Shown: positions 35,400-48,113, counted from the stretch's first letter. The stretch: 64,000 nucleotides of DNA from Felis catus (GCF_018350175.1 NC_058382.1:51896001-51960000), one strand, 5' to 3'. Notes: generated by a model from the sequence alone, not told the origin. Numbers and translations are program-made.

Positions 35400-36125
35400 T
35401 GCACCAGAGTTCACCTGCAGCTGTGGACGGTTCCTGGCGTGCTGACAGCATCTCACTTCAAGCACTTGGACTAGTCTGTCTTCTTCTGGGCCTGCAGGTG
35501 AACTCCAGTGCCATAGGGCACAAGGGCACTAAGGTAACCCACAATTACTATGGTGGGGAGGGGCTAACACCCGCCGGGGGTGGGCACCTCCACCATGGAG
35601 GATGGGAGCCAGTGGATAAATGCCCAGATTCCTCTTTGGTGTCATCATTTCTGGGGCATGTTCCACACAGAATCTCTAAGGTCCCTGGTGGGGTCAAACC
35701 TAAATTGCCCACAGTGGTAACTTACTCATTAGCACGCCCTTATAGGGCATTGCTAAGAATACTGCTGTGTTTCCTTCCTGATCTCATTCTCCTCACTCCC
35801 CAACTCCTGCTTCTTGACAACACCTTCTATTTTTTTTAAATGATTATTTATTTATTTTAAAAGAGAGAGAACGAGCACCAAGAGGGAAGGGGAAGAGAGA
35901 AGGAGAGAGAGAATCCCAAGCAGGCACCACGCTGTCAGCACAGAGCCTGACGTGGGGCTTGATCTCATGAACTGTGAGATGACGATCCAAGCCCAAATCA
36001 AGAGTCTGATGCTTAACCGACTGAGCCACCCAGGTGCCCCAACATGACCTATATAAATGACCTGTCCTTTATCTTGGGGGCTTATCTTGGGGACAAATCC
36101 TTATCTTGGAGGCTACTGTGGGGGA
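35400..36125. mobile_element. LTR16-like ERVL LTR interrupted by a SINEC (35830-36040, -)
   Basis: 'ggatgggagccagtggataaatgcccag..ttgcccacagtggtaacttactcatta..caaatccttatct'. Confidence 0.6.
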
Positions 36126-36838
36126 AAATAGCATTTTTGACGTATTAACTTGCCAAGTACTTACAACAACCTTATAAAGTAAGTGATACGAGTCCCCTTT
36201 TACTGATGACCAAGTTAAGCCCAAAAGTTAAGTAAAATACCCAACATTACACATAGCAACTGAGTTTCCAGAATTTGGGCCCAGCAATCAAGCGAAGCAT
36301 TCTCTAATGCCCAAGTCACTGAAAACGCACAATACCACTTAACATGTTGGAAAAAATTATCCACAAGCCAAGCCAGTGTCAGTTAAAATGACTTCTGAAG
36401 CCAGCCCTTCTCAGTTTTTCAAAAACCTGCCCAGGGAGCAAGAAGAAATTATTGCTGTTTTTCTGACTCTGGAGAATTCTATCCAAGGCCAGCAGGAGGA
36501 GGCCCAGCAGCCTGATGAATTAAAAAGCTGTGCTGAGAAGCAGGGAATCAGTCCAATGCACATATCGCAATACATGTGATCTCTTCATCCTTTGCAGAAA
36601 CAAGCATAAATCCCTATTTACTGAGCCCAAGCTAATGCTCAGTGGACTGCCGACATTAAGAGATGGTCTGACAAGTGTCTTTGTTTGGGGGCAGAAGTCT
36701 GGATGTCCCAATGACCCTTTGAGATTAATCAACTAGCAAGATAGGAAGTCAGCCCACCATCAAATTGAACCAAGTATTTAACTAGATGAATTAAGAGGAT
36801 ATCAAAAGCTCCCATTCTCAATCAGGAGCAATCTGTCC

Positions 36839-36840
<2 letters not shown>

Positions 36841-36936
<96 letters not shown>

Positions 36937-36945
36937 ATCTATCTC
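36841..36945. repeat. Compound microsatellite (CT)n(CTAT)n
   Basis: Directly visible. Confidence 0.95.
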
Positions 36946-38370
36946 TACTAAGGTAAATATTATCAAGGAGACTCAATTCCAGTCTACAGATATTTATTAA
37001 GCTTTTGCTATGTGCATGGACCTGTTTTATGTACTGTATAGGATTCAGAGGTAAATACAGCCTGGCCACTGCTGGCATAAAGCCCACTGTCGAGAAGACA
37101 GAGTGAGACAGGGACCCAATCAACCAGAGAAGGCTAGCAGCATAAAAGGGAGAGATGCATAGGGCTCCAGGGTGCAAAATTGGGAGAGGTGGCATTTGTG
37201 CAGTGGATAAGACAGTCTCCGTGGAGGGGAAGTGGATGGACACTCGAAGGCTTTTCCTGCCAAGAATTGACTGCACCCTTACTCACAGCTCAGTGGCCAG
37301 AAAGCAGGGGCTCTAAAGGTAGATGTACTAGGTTTGACTCTTGACTCATCTGGTTACCAGCTGTACGACCCTAAACAAATTCTGTGTTTCATCTCTTGCT
37401 TCGTTGTCTCCTCTGTAAAGGGGGAATGACAACATTAAAATGTTATCGGGTTAGGGTGTATATTAAATGAGTCAATAGATGTTAAATGTATAAGTGAGTG
37501 CCTGGTACATAATAAGCACTTGTAATTGTGACGTGTTTTGTCAATTGCCCCTGATTTTTCCAGCGGGGAATGACGCCACCTTGTATGTTGTTTCAGGGGT
37601 CTGGTAAATCAAGGTGCCCTTCCCTCCTCTAGCCAAATGGGACTCATGACCCAGGGAAAGCTAAATGGATGTTCTAGTAATTTGAAGTTTAGGAAGAGAT
37701 GCAAACATAGGAAAGTGAATGGAGCGCATCACCCTGGTGGCGGGACCCTAAAGAGCCTCCCATGACTCCCTACTACCCAGACCCCCAAAGCCGCCATGTT
37801 TCTATTTTCCCCAAGCCTAGATCTTCAGACTTGTCTTGCATTCTGTAGGCAAGCCCATACATCTAGTTTAAGCAAGCCAGACCTGATTTTTATTACAATC
37901 CACTAAAGAACCTTACCCAATTAAAAGAGGGTCTTTGAACTGGGCCTCAAATAACTTGGTAAGATTGTGATAGGGATAGTTCATCTTCCTGGCCACATTC
38001 TCGATTTCCCAAAGGAAAGTCAGGACATAAAGCCTGGCAAAGGATTGGTACGGCACATCAAGTAAGAGGCAGTGTAAGAGACAAAGTGTGCATGCCAGAA
38101 TACAAGCACTTTGGAAACACTGCAAGTTCTTAATTGGGACACAACGGTCAAATATTTGAAATACAAAAAAACAGAGCCAACCTCTGCATAATATGAGAGC
38201 AGTATTTCTCAAATGTTGCATACCAACATTTTTGTGAATTGTGTCATACCTGGACCCAAAGCATCATTAATATTTTTCTTAATATGTTGTATATATCCAT
38301 ATATTACATATAATTGTATCATTAATATTATATAATTAAGTATATCAATATTGTTCTTTAAATAGACTCA

Positions 38371-38582
38371 TTTTTTTTTAACGTTTATTTATTTTTGAGA
38401 CAGAGAGAGACAGAGCATGAACAGGGGAGGGGCAGAGAGAGAGGGAGACACAGAATCCGAAACGGGCTCCAGGCTCTGAGCTGTCAGCACAGAGCCCGAC
38501 GCGGGGCTTGAACTCACAGACCGTGAGATCATGACCTGAGCCGAAGTCGGATGCTTAACCGACTGAGCCACCCAGGCGCCCC
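38371..38582 (-). mobile_element. SINEC_Fc
   Basis: TSD taaatagactca (38359/38583). Confidence 0.93.
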
Positions 38583-38719
38583 TAAATAGACTCACTTTTA
38601 AGCATATAAATTTTTAAAAATTCTGTTGCTACTATAAATGGAAAATCTGTATCACTTGCCAAGAAAAGAAAGTAATCGTAAACATCAATATAATGAAGGC
38701 AGGTTAGGGACCCCCCAGG

Positions 38720-39437
38720 GCCCAAATATGGGGTAATTCGCACATCAACATAAATAATGATAGTAATGGATTATAAACCATGAATAACGTTGAAAAATCT
38801 ATGTGTCCACCAATAAAAAATTACTACAGTTGAATGCTAATTAATACAAAAGAAGTGTTATAAAATCAACTAATTGGTGAAAGTTTGATAAAATCAGGTT
38901 ATTCATCTAGTCTCAAAATACTTGCCCACAAATTACATGTTAATTACAAAGTAAAAAATGATAACTTTACAGTTGAGAAATCTGACAGGCAATGCCTTAA
39001 CCAAGTGATCAAAGGTAATATCATCAATACGGACAAACTGACATCATTTGCTTCCCGAGAAGGGCACAATATCACTTCTGTCATATTCCTGCCAGAATGT
39101 GCATCCCTGGATTTATTCATGAGGGAATGCCAGACAAATCCAAACTGAAGAACATCTTAAAAAGCAAATGACAAACGGAAACAAAAATGGGAGTGTACTC
39201 TTTAAAAATGGCTAGATTGGGGGCGCCCGGGTGGCTCACTCAGTGAAGCCTCTGACTTCGGCCTAGGCCATGATCTCGCAGTTTGTGAGTTCGAGCCCTG
39301 TGTCGAGTTCTGTGCCGACAGCTCAGAGCCTGGAGCCGGCTTCAGATTCTGTCTGTCTGTCTGTCTGTCTGTCTCTGCCCCTCCTGCACTCACGCTCTGT
39401 CTCTCTCTCTCTCTGCCCCTCCTGCACTCACCCTCTG

Positions 39438-39472
<35 letters not shown>

Positions 39473-40070
39473 GCCCCTCCTGCACTCACCCTCTGTCTCT
39501 CTCTCTCTCTGCCCCTCCTGCACTCACCCTCTGTCTCTCGCTCTCTCAAAAAAAAATAAACATTTTAAAAAACGGCTAGATTAACAGAGCTAAAGGGAGG
39601 CTAACTGCTTACTAACGAACGAGATAAGAAACAGGACAACTGAAGATAATGAGCGATTCTGGGTTGAATTCTGGGCTGGGGTGGCAGTGGGGGGGATGGA
39701 CATTATTGGGACAACTGATGGGACCGAGTATGAACTGCAAATTAGATAATAGCATTGTGTCAACCTTATATTGCCTGATTTTGATCATTTTTGTGTTGTG
39801 TCTAAGTGAGAGAAAGGCCCAGGTCTTAGGAAATACACACTTTAGCACTTTAGGTATAAAGGGGAATAATGTCTCCAAAATTCACTCAAATGGTTGAAAA
39901 AAAAAAACATGAGGAGAGAGAGAGACAGAGAAAAGGACAGAGAGAATTATAAAGCAAATGGGGCAAAATGTACTCAGTAGGTGAATCTGGGCGGAGTGGA
40001 TAAAGGAGTTCCCTACATTGTTCTTTGCAACTTTTCTATGAGTTGGAAATTATGTCAAAATAAAAAATTA
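38720..40070 (+). mobile_element. Old LINE-1 (L1MC/ME-type) 3' region interrupted by a SINE
   Basis: 'actttacagttgagaaatctgac..ccttaaccaagtgatcaaag..atcacttctgt..ggacattattgggacaact..ggtgaatctggg..ttgcaacttttct'. Confidence 0.7.
39219..39572 (+). mobile_element. SINEC_Fc with quadruplicated 3' segment
   Basis: TSD aaaa(t/c)ggctagatt; four copies of ctctgcccctcctgcactcac. Confidence 0.9.
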
Positions 40071-40074
40071 CCAA

Positions 40075-40610
40075 GGGGCGCCTTGGGTGCTGGTTGAGTG
40101 TTGGACTCAATCTCGGCTCTGGTCATGATCTCACAGTTCGTGGGTTTGAGCCCGAGTCACGGTCTCACAGGCAGCACGGAGTCTGCTTGAGATTCTTTCT
40201 CTCTCCCTCTCTCTCTGCCCCTCCCCTGCTAGTGCAAGTCCTCTCTCTCTCTCTCAAAAATAAACAAACAAACAAACGAACGAACATTAAAAATATTCTC
40301 TCTCAGGGCGCCTGGGTGGCTCAGTCGGTCAAGCGTCTGACTTCCGCCCAGGTCATGATCTCACAGTCTCTGGGTTCAAGCCCCACGTCGGGCTCTGTGC
40401 TGATGGCTCAGAGCCTGGAGCCCGCTTCCAATTCTGTGTCTCCCTCTCTCTGTGCCCCTCCCCAGCTCATGCTCTGTTTCTCTCTCTCTCAAAAATGAAT
40501 AAACATTTAAAATAATTAAAATATATAAAAAAAATTCTCTCTCTCTCCCTCTGCCACTCTCCCCTGCTCACTCATGCTCTCTCTCTCTAAAAAATAGTAA
40601 AAAAAAAAAA
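40075..40610 (+). mobile_element. Nested SINEC cluster (inner full copy 40306-40533)
   Basis: Two heads and three CT/A tails. Confidence 0.85.
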
Positions 40611-41689
40611 TTTTTTTTTTGAGTTACCACAAGAATACTAAAAAAACTAATATAATAAAACGTTATTAGAGTCTAGGTAACAACTATTGCCTGTTGGAGT
40701 CTCTGGGCCTGAGGTCAGTTTTTTGTTGATAAAAAGGAGATCAGCCAGTTTTGGAAAGGTTTTAAAAGACATCCATGCCAACCTCAAATGAAAACCGTCT
40801 CCTTGCCACCATAATCAAGATTTAAAGGGCACTGCTCTTAATGTATGTGGCCCAACGGTGCGAACATCCAGCTTGAGGGAAAAATGCTCTCAAGCAAACA
40901 AGGCTTACGGAAGCTTTGATCTGCAGGGTGGCTGGAAGAGACGGAGGCGGGCGGCCAGGACAGCCTGACTTTCTTGTGAAGACACGAAGACATGCCAGTG
41001 TATATAAGTGAATACCCTGGTTTCGTCTCCAAGAAATGCACTTTGCGCACCACAGTTCTGAAACAGATCTCACTCCTGGGTGGTGACGATGTTTTCTACA
41101 GCCAGCCGTTTCTATTTAAATGCTGGCTAAAGCTGGCTTCAACAATGAATCATCGACAGAAGTTTAGTTTCCTCCACACTAGGAAACTCAGATGGAGAGA
41201 GAAACCATCTGTCAGCCACTTCTGTAGCTTATCACTCGCTGCCAAGCATCTGCAGTCCCCAAATTGAAACGCCGTCCCCAAACGGTCCCCCAAAGTGATC
41301 CCAGTACTCTGAGAGGGCTCCGTTTGGGACCAAAGAGTGCCGGGATGGAAACCACGGCCCTGCCCACCGAGTATTTTGCTCTGGTGCTGGGAACACCCTT
41401 AGGGATTCCCAGCACCGTCCCCACTAATATTTATGGATCACTTACCAAGGCAAGCCCCCGAAAAGCACTCTGCATGGATTATTTCACTTACTCCTCTCGC
41501 TATATGCACTCATTTTGCAGATGAAGAAACCGAGGCAAGGAGATGTGAAATAACTCACTCTGATTCCACAGCCAGCCGCGTGGTGCCAGGATTCACATCC
41601 GAGCCTACCGCCAGAGTCCATGGGCTCGACCCTCATCAGCCACTCAGCTGTGCTGCCTCTCGGGAAATAAAAGGGGCACCTTGCTGGTG

Positions 41690-41876
41690 GGCGGCCGGCT
41701 GAAATACAGGATGCCCACTTAACACTGAATTTCAGGCACGAATAACTTTTTAGCATAAGTATGTCCCAAATATGGCATGTGATAGACTTATACTAAAATA
41801 TTCCTTGTCGCTGACCTGGAATACAAGTGCAACTGGGCACCCAGGTTGTATTTTTATTTGCTGAGGGTGGAAACCA
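41690..41876. mobile_element. MER53 palindromic hAT MITE
   Basis: 'aaatacaggatgccca..tgaatttcag..tttttagcataagtatgtcccaaata..acttatactaaaa..aactgggca..tgtatttttatttgct'. Confidence 0.8.
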
Positions 41877-42164
41877 TAAATACGGCTGAGACCAAACCCA
41901 CCACCTCTGGCTTAGAAGGCGTGTGGCTTAACTATCGGGCCACAGGGCTCGACTACACCAGTGGGACCTAGATCTTCTGGGGTCTTCCAGAAAAATCCAC
42001 ATGCCCAATCATTTCCGAACTTTTCAGGGGTGGGAGGGTGGTGGCGTATGAATTCCAGAAAGATACCGAAGAATCCCCCGGGCAGTTGTCATTCAGAACT
42101 AAGGAGCACCTGTGGGCTGAACCTGCAGTACTGGGTCTGGCATATAAGGCAGGGAAGACCAATC

Positions 42165-42680
42165 TGCATAAAAAAATCACTATAAATTTAGGGACTCAAA
42201 ACAATACACATTTATTATTTCATCGTTTTCATGGAACAGGATTCTGGACGTCACTTTGCACAGGCCTCACAGGGGTGTAATCAAGGGCATCAGCAGGCTG
42301 TCCTCCCTCTGGATCCCAGGGCCCTTTACCACACTTACATGTTCATACGCCCTCTCACATGACAGCGTATTTCTTCAAGACCAGGAGAACAGTATTTCTA
42401 GCTCGATGGAAGGCCTGGACCCTCTTGTATAGACTCACCTGATTCAGCCAGGCCCACACAGGGTCATCTTCCTATGAGCTCAAAATCAACTGCTCAAGGA
42501 CCCCAATCACATCTGCAAAATCCCTTCACCTTTGTCGTTTGCTGCATTAATTGAAAGGGAATCACAAGATCTGCCCACATTCAAGGACAGGAGATTATAC
42601 AAAGGTGTGGCTACTAGGGGGGAGGGCATCACAGGGGGAGGGTTCAGAGGAATCATTGCTTAGAACTGTACCTGTCGCGC
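42165..42680 (-). mobile_element. MLT1 solo LTR
   Basis: 'aaaacaatacacatttattattt..ctcacctgatt..aggcccac..atcacatctgcaaaatcccttcacc'. Confidence 0.7.
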
Positions 42681-43014
42681 TCTCCAGCTATCGGTTCCTT
42701 TTCTGCAAAACTCGAATAAGAGCACCCTCCTTGCACCATTGTTGAGAGAATTAAATGGGAAATCCTAGAGAATGAGCAAAGCACAGTTGGTTCTTCCTTA
42801 AGACAAAGAGCAAATGCCTTACGAAGGTTCTCTTGGGCAAGCAATGAAAACAGTTGGATGGCCCCATTAATGTAGTGACCAAGAGTGTGGCTCCAAAGAC
42901 AGGCTACTTCAATTTCAGAAATCCTGGCCCTGTCACAACTTCACTACCTGTGGGCCCTCAGGCCAGTCCTGTGATCACCTCATGTAATTGTAATCACATT
43001 CCTTCTTTATTTTA

Positions 43015-43231
43015 AACAAATTTTAAAAAAATGTTTATTTATTTTTGAGACACAGGGAGACAGAGCACAAGTGGGGGAGGGGCAGAGATGGGGGAGACAC
43101 AGAATCTGAAACAGGCTCCAGGCTCTGAGCTGTCAGCACAGAGCCCGACGTGGGGCTCGAACTCACGAACTGTGAGATCACGACCTGAGCTGAAGTCGGA
43201 TGTTTAACCGACTGAGCCGCCCAGGTGCCCC
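43015..43231 (-). mobile_element. SINEC_Fc
   Basis: 15-bp TSD gtaatcacattcctt (42990/43232). Confidence 0.93.
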
Positions 43232-43853
43232 GTAATCACATTCCTTATACATAGAAGGAGGATACTAATGGCTGCTGGCCATTGAGTTGCCAGGAGAATT
43301 AAATGAGATTATGTACATAAAGCACTTAGTTCAGCACTTGGCTGAAGGAAGGGCTCAAACACCATCAACTCATGGGCATAGCAAGGCAACCTCAGCCTTA
43401 GTAAAGGAAGGAAATCTCGAAAGAGCACAAGGGCAAACATATATGTCACAAACTTTAAGCCTCATTATACAGCAGAAAAACTTGTCCCAAGAAGATGTCC
43501 TTGAACTGGGACTCTGGAGCGTTTTTCAGGAACATCCGCTAACGTGATAACCTGCATCATAGATTTCTGTTACACGTCTTTGAAAGTCTCTCTTTAGGGG
43601 TAGGCATCATATTTGCTTCTACGAAGCTTTTCAGGGGGGGAAAAAACCTGCTTTATTTTTATACCTAAATAGCGGAGGGGTCAAGATTGAAAGCAGTGAA
43701 ATACCAACTACTAACATCATAGGTCTTTCTGATCTACAACATTACAGAGGATTTCTGTTTCCTGTGTTATCTGCTTTTATAATCCATAGATTTGTACAAT
43801 GACCATGCATCATCGTGCATATAATCCAGAAAAAACTAAACCATAAAACAACC

Positions 43854-43861
43854 TGTGTGTG

Positions 43862-43895
<34 letters not shown>
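43854..43895. repeat. (GT)n microsatellite
   Basis: Directly visible. Confidence 0.95.
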
Positions 43896-43896
<1 letters not shown>

Positions 43897-44002
43897 TGTC
43901 GGTGTGTGAGCATGTGTGTGAAGCTGGAGGTGACTGGAGCATCTCTGGACCCATGAGAGGGCCCATGGGAGCCCCAGAAAGGTTCCTGAGATAGCCCAAC
44001 CG

Positions 44003-44170
44003 AGTGGTTCTCACGCTTGGGATGTACGTGGGAATCACGTGCAGCTGGTTGCCGGCCAGACTAAAGCACTTCCGGGGAATCCGAGTTGCAGTCTGGTGAT
44101 TCCCAGGAATTGGCATTTTTATACACACCAGTCCCAGGTGATTCTGGTGCATTTTGAAAAATCCCACTTA
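44003..44170. mobile_element. MER5A-like hAT-Charlie element (another MER5-like copy at ~12705-12858)
   Basis: 'agtggttctca..gaatcac..cccaggaattggcattttta..cccaggtgattctg..tttgaaaaa'. Confidence 0.65.
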
Positions 44171-44663
44171 GGTGCCTGGTCCCTCCTGCAATGGGCATGG
44201 GCTCTGAGGCTTAGTCTGGGATCGCTTCAATCCTGAGGCCCTTTCCACACCTGGCTCTGAAGGGCAGGGGTGAATGTGCAGTTCTGGGAGGGGCAGGGGA
44301 GGTAAGGAAGTGGGGAGAAACTTGCCACTCATGTTGTTGAGACTGTCCAAAGAATATAAGAAATGTTAAATTTAAAAAATATACAGATCTACAGTGGCCT
44401 GAAAGTCTTTTTTTTCTATCCATCCTATCTGTGTATTTTTATGACAACGGAGATAAATTCATTTGTGAGGCCTCTCGTGAAATTCGTAGTCTCAGTGTGA
44501 GGCTTTTTGTGAAAGAGGCCCCCTTGCTTCCTGCAACTCCCCCCGCCATACTCTCATGACAAACCTTACCCTAGAAAGACATTCGAGGCCAAGGAAGGGG
44601 GCGGTCAACCACCCCTACCCCTGGAGGACAGCCAGGCACCAGAGCTTGGACTTAGCATGATGC

Positions 44664-44682
44664 TCCTGCCACCTGGTGGTCA
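44664..44682 (-). promoter_or_regulatory. CTCF binding motif
   Basis: Minus strand TGACCACCAGGTGGCAGGA matches the core CCASYAGRKGGCRS exactly. Confidence 0.7.
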
Positions 44683-45132
44683 GTCAAAGACATGCTGCTA
44701 GTTTCTCTTTGCCTCCCCTCCTTTTTCTCAGTCACTGAAATATCCAGCAGACCTTTGTCAAGAACCTGTGTGCTGTCACGTACTTTGCCGGGCTCAGCAG
44801 GTAAATAAGCCTCTTATTTTCTGGAAGAAACCCTAGCAATCGTTTCGTTACGTCCAGTCATGACCAATGGTGAAACGGAGCTCAGGAGGCAGGGCGAGGA
44901 GGTGACTTACTCAAGGTCCTGTGCAGATACCTCTGAAAACTCACCCCCATCTTCCCTCCGTGCAACAGGGAGTGTAACTTGGGATCACCCGTGGGGCTTT
45001 TTTGGACACTCTGCCTGTCCACTTCCAGAAGGGCCCTTGAATTTCATATTCAGAAAGCCTCAGGTGGGCTCCCTCACTGTAAATGTATTTATTAAAACTC
45101 CACAAATATTTATTTCTTATGTGTTCTCTCAA

Positions 45133-45146
45133 ACACACACACACGT

Positions 45147-45180
<34 letters not shown>
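45133..45180. repeat. (CA)n microsatellite
   Basis: Directly visible. Confidence 0.95.
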
Positions 45181-45182
<2 letters not shown>

Positions 45183-45264
45183 CACCCTAAGCGGGAAACC
45201 ACAGTTTTAGATCATGAGGCTCTTACCCAGTTTTCAACATGATAATGATCTCTATCTATATGGC

Positions 45265-45468
45265 ATTTTATTTTATTTTATTATTTTTTTTTAGCAAGAG
45301 AGACCGCATGAATGGGGAAAAGGGGCAGAAGGAGAGAAAGAAAAACCTTAAGCAGGCTCCATACTCAGTGCATAGCCGAAAGTGGGGCTGGATCCCATGA
45401 CCCTGGGATCATGACCTGAGCCAAAACGAAGAATCAGACGCCCAACCAACGGAGCCACCCAGGTGCCC
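45265..45468 (-). mobile_element. SINEC
   Basis: TSD tcta(t/c)atggcattt. Confidence 0.88.
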
Positions 45469-46209
45469 TTCTACATGGCATTTCAGAGTCGACAAACTCC
45501 CTCCACATCCATTATTGTGCTTGACCTCCACGCAACAGTGTGCAAGCATAACTTCCATCTTGCTGATGAGGAAATTAGACTTCACAAAGGCTACTTCTGC
45601 AGGGTCACGTAACTAATCAGTGACAAGGCAGTGTCTCAAATTCAGGTTCTCGCTGATTTCAAGTCCCATGGTTTTCTACTGTTTCGAGGTGCCCCGGATG
45701 GTTGGTCAGACAAGAGGATGCATGAGGGCAAGATTGGGGTACTGATCCCAGTCTGGGCCAGTCATTAAAGGATAACATGTTCCAACTTTTTATTTCATGA
45801 ATATTTTGGGAACGTACAATGTGCAAAGCATAGGGAAGAAGCAGCTTCAGAGATGGCCAAGATGTGGCCCCCGCCGTCGTGGGCCTTGGTGTTTTCTGGA
45901 ATCACCATACATCACATACATCTCTCTCCACTTAGACCAGGTCCCCCCACACTCCCCATCACACACAGAAACCTGCCCGCAGTGGTATGCTGGCAAATCA
46001 GCTCTCCAGAACTTTTTTAAGCTATAACTTATAGCTGCTGACTTCTGTAAATAATTCCAACATGGTCAACTCCATGCTATCGAGAGTGTGACAGTGACCT
46101 TGCAAAATTCTCAAGTACTTACAGATTGGTTCTGCTGTGCTGATAGCAGCTGATTCCTGCCCACACTGCAGCCACACATGTCAAATAATACTGTTATCAG
46201 ACTAGCCCT

Positions 46210-46675
46210 GTATTAATTTCCAATTACTGCTATAAAAAACGACCACAAATTTAGCAGCTTAAAACAACACAAATCTATTACTGTATAGTTCTGGAGGTCA
46301 GAAGTTCGTAAAAGAGCGTTACCGGCCAAAATCAAGGTGTCAGCAGGGCTGCGTTCCTTCTGGAAGCTCTAGAGAAGAATCTGTTCCTTGTCTTTCTCAG
46401 CTTCTAGAGGCCGCCCACATTCCATGGCCTCCTGGCCATAGCATCACTGAGGCCCCTGCTTCTGTTATCACATCTCCTTCCCTCCACCTCTGATCCTTCT
46501 GCCTCTCTCTTTATAATGACCCTGTGATTACACTGGCCTCCCAGATAAGCCAAGACAATCTCCCCATCTCAAGACCCTTAACACATTTGGAAAGGCCTTT
46601 CTACCATGTAACTTCATATATTCCCAGGTTCCAGGGATCAGGGCATCTTTGGGGGGCCATTATTCTGTCTCCCAT
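46210..46675 (-). mobile_element. MLT1C/D-like solo LTR
   Basis: 'tgtattaatttcc..gcttaaaacaacacaaat..agttctggaggtcagaagt..aatcaaggtgtcagcagggctg..ggggccattattctg'. Confidence 0.8.
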
Positions 46676-47398
46676 GAATGCTTTGATGAAAGAACACACA
46701 AGATCCGGGGAAGATTAACCAGCATTCACTTCGCATGTTGTGTGTGTGTCAAGAGCCAGAGAAGCAAAGATGCTGAGAAAAGTCAGAGTGCTTCCTCTCA
46801 GGACGGTTCCTTTGGGAAGGTCCAGGTAAGCCGCCAACTGGTACAGAAACATCCCCCAGTGGTGTGATCTCGATGCTGGTCTCCAAGTACATCAGCAATA
46901 TTTACCTAGGTCTGCAGCTATTCTCAGAACATGGTCACATCTGAACCATCCAAGATAGGCCTATAATGCACAGGTACTATGTTCATTTCGGAGATCAGAA
47001 AACTGGGGCTCAAAAAGGTCAAGTGTCTGAGGTCAGACGGTTTGTAAACAGTGGAGCCAAACCAGTGTCAACCCCCACACTTCACCCCAAAGTCCTACCC
47101 CATTCCATGACTCGGGGCCCAGAGAAAGAGCCCCAGGACAGGATCCTACCACCTGCAGATTCGTCCCATCTACAAAATGGAGTTGTGTCAGCTAGGATTC
47201 TTCCTGCTGCCGAAACCTCAAACTAGCTTAAGGGGAAAAACAAAGCAAACTGGGGAAGAGGCAGCATTTCATTGGCTTATATAATTTGCAAACTCCGAAT
47301 TTATAAGAAAGTAAGCTCCAAGCAGGAAGGAGCCATATCTCTTTTGCACTCCGGTATGCCCCGGTGTGGTGCCCAGCGCCTGCTTCGTAAAGTAGTAC

Positions 47399-47945
47399 TG
47401 CGGCAGATGTACTCATTGGTGACCCCCAATGAATCACGCCTTGGCATAATTCCATCCCCTTGAGTGGGGGCAGAACTTGTGACTTGTTTCTGACCAATGG
47501 GATATGGCAAACATGATGACGTCGTTCCCTAAGTCAGGTTACATTGTATGAGACTCCATCTTAGCAAACTGGAGCAAAACAGTCTCCTTTGCTGGCTTTG
47601 AGGAAGTAATGACCATGGCGTGAGGGTGCCTGTGAGGGGCCACAGAGCTAAGAGCGGGGGTGGCCTTGAGGAGCCAAAAGCGGCCCCTGGCCAACGGCAC
47701 TGAAATGGGACCTCAGTCACACAGCTCCAAGGAAGCAAATTCTGCCAACAACCTGAGATGCTTCCTCAAGCAAGCTTCCAGATGAGACTATAACCCAGCT
47801 GATGCCTTGATAGAGTCCCCTGAGCAGAGGACCAGCTGAGACCTGACTCCCGACCCATGAAGACTGAGATAATAAGCTTAGGTTTGTAATAAACAAGGCT
47901 CTTGAGATTGTGGTAATATGTTACATAGAATTTAGACAATTCTAT
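47399..47945 (+). mobile_element. MLT1E/F-like solo LTR
   Basis: 'tgctggctttgaggaag..aattctgccaacaacctga..ccagatgaga..ctgagcagaggaccagct..gtggtaat'. Confidence 0.75.
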
Positions 47946-48113
47946 GCAATAAGAAATTAGACAGTATTCAATAAGTATTTGCTGAAAATCAGAGAGCGAA
48001 GAGAGGGAAAGGGAGGAAAATGGGAGAGAGAAACAGTAAAGAGCAGGTCGGTTCTGAAAGACATTTGACTTTAGCACAAATAACAGAACCTCATAAGATG
48101 TCGATAGACTGGT

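Noticed and set aside
34923..39547. CRISPR-like repeat-spacer arrays
   Set aside because: Eukaryotic DNA; the intervening sequences are homopolymer or dinucleotide tracts, not unique spacers.
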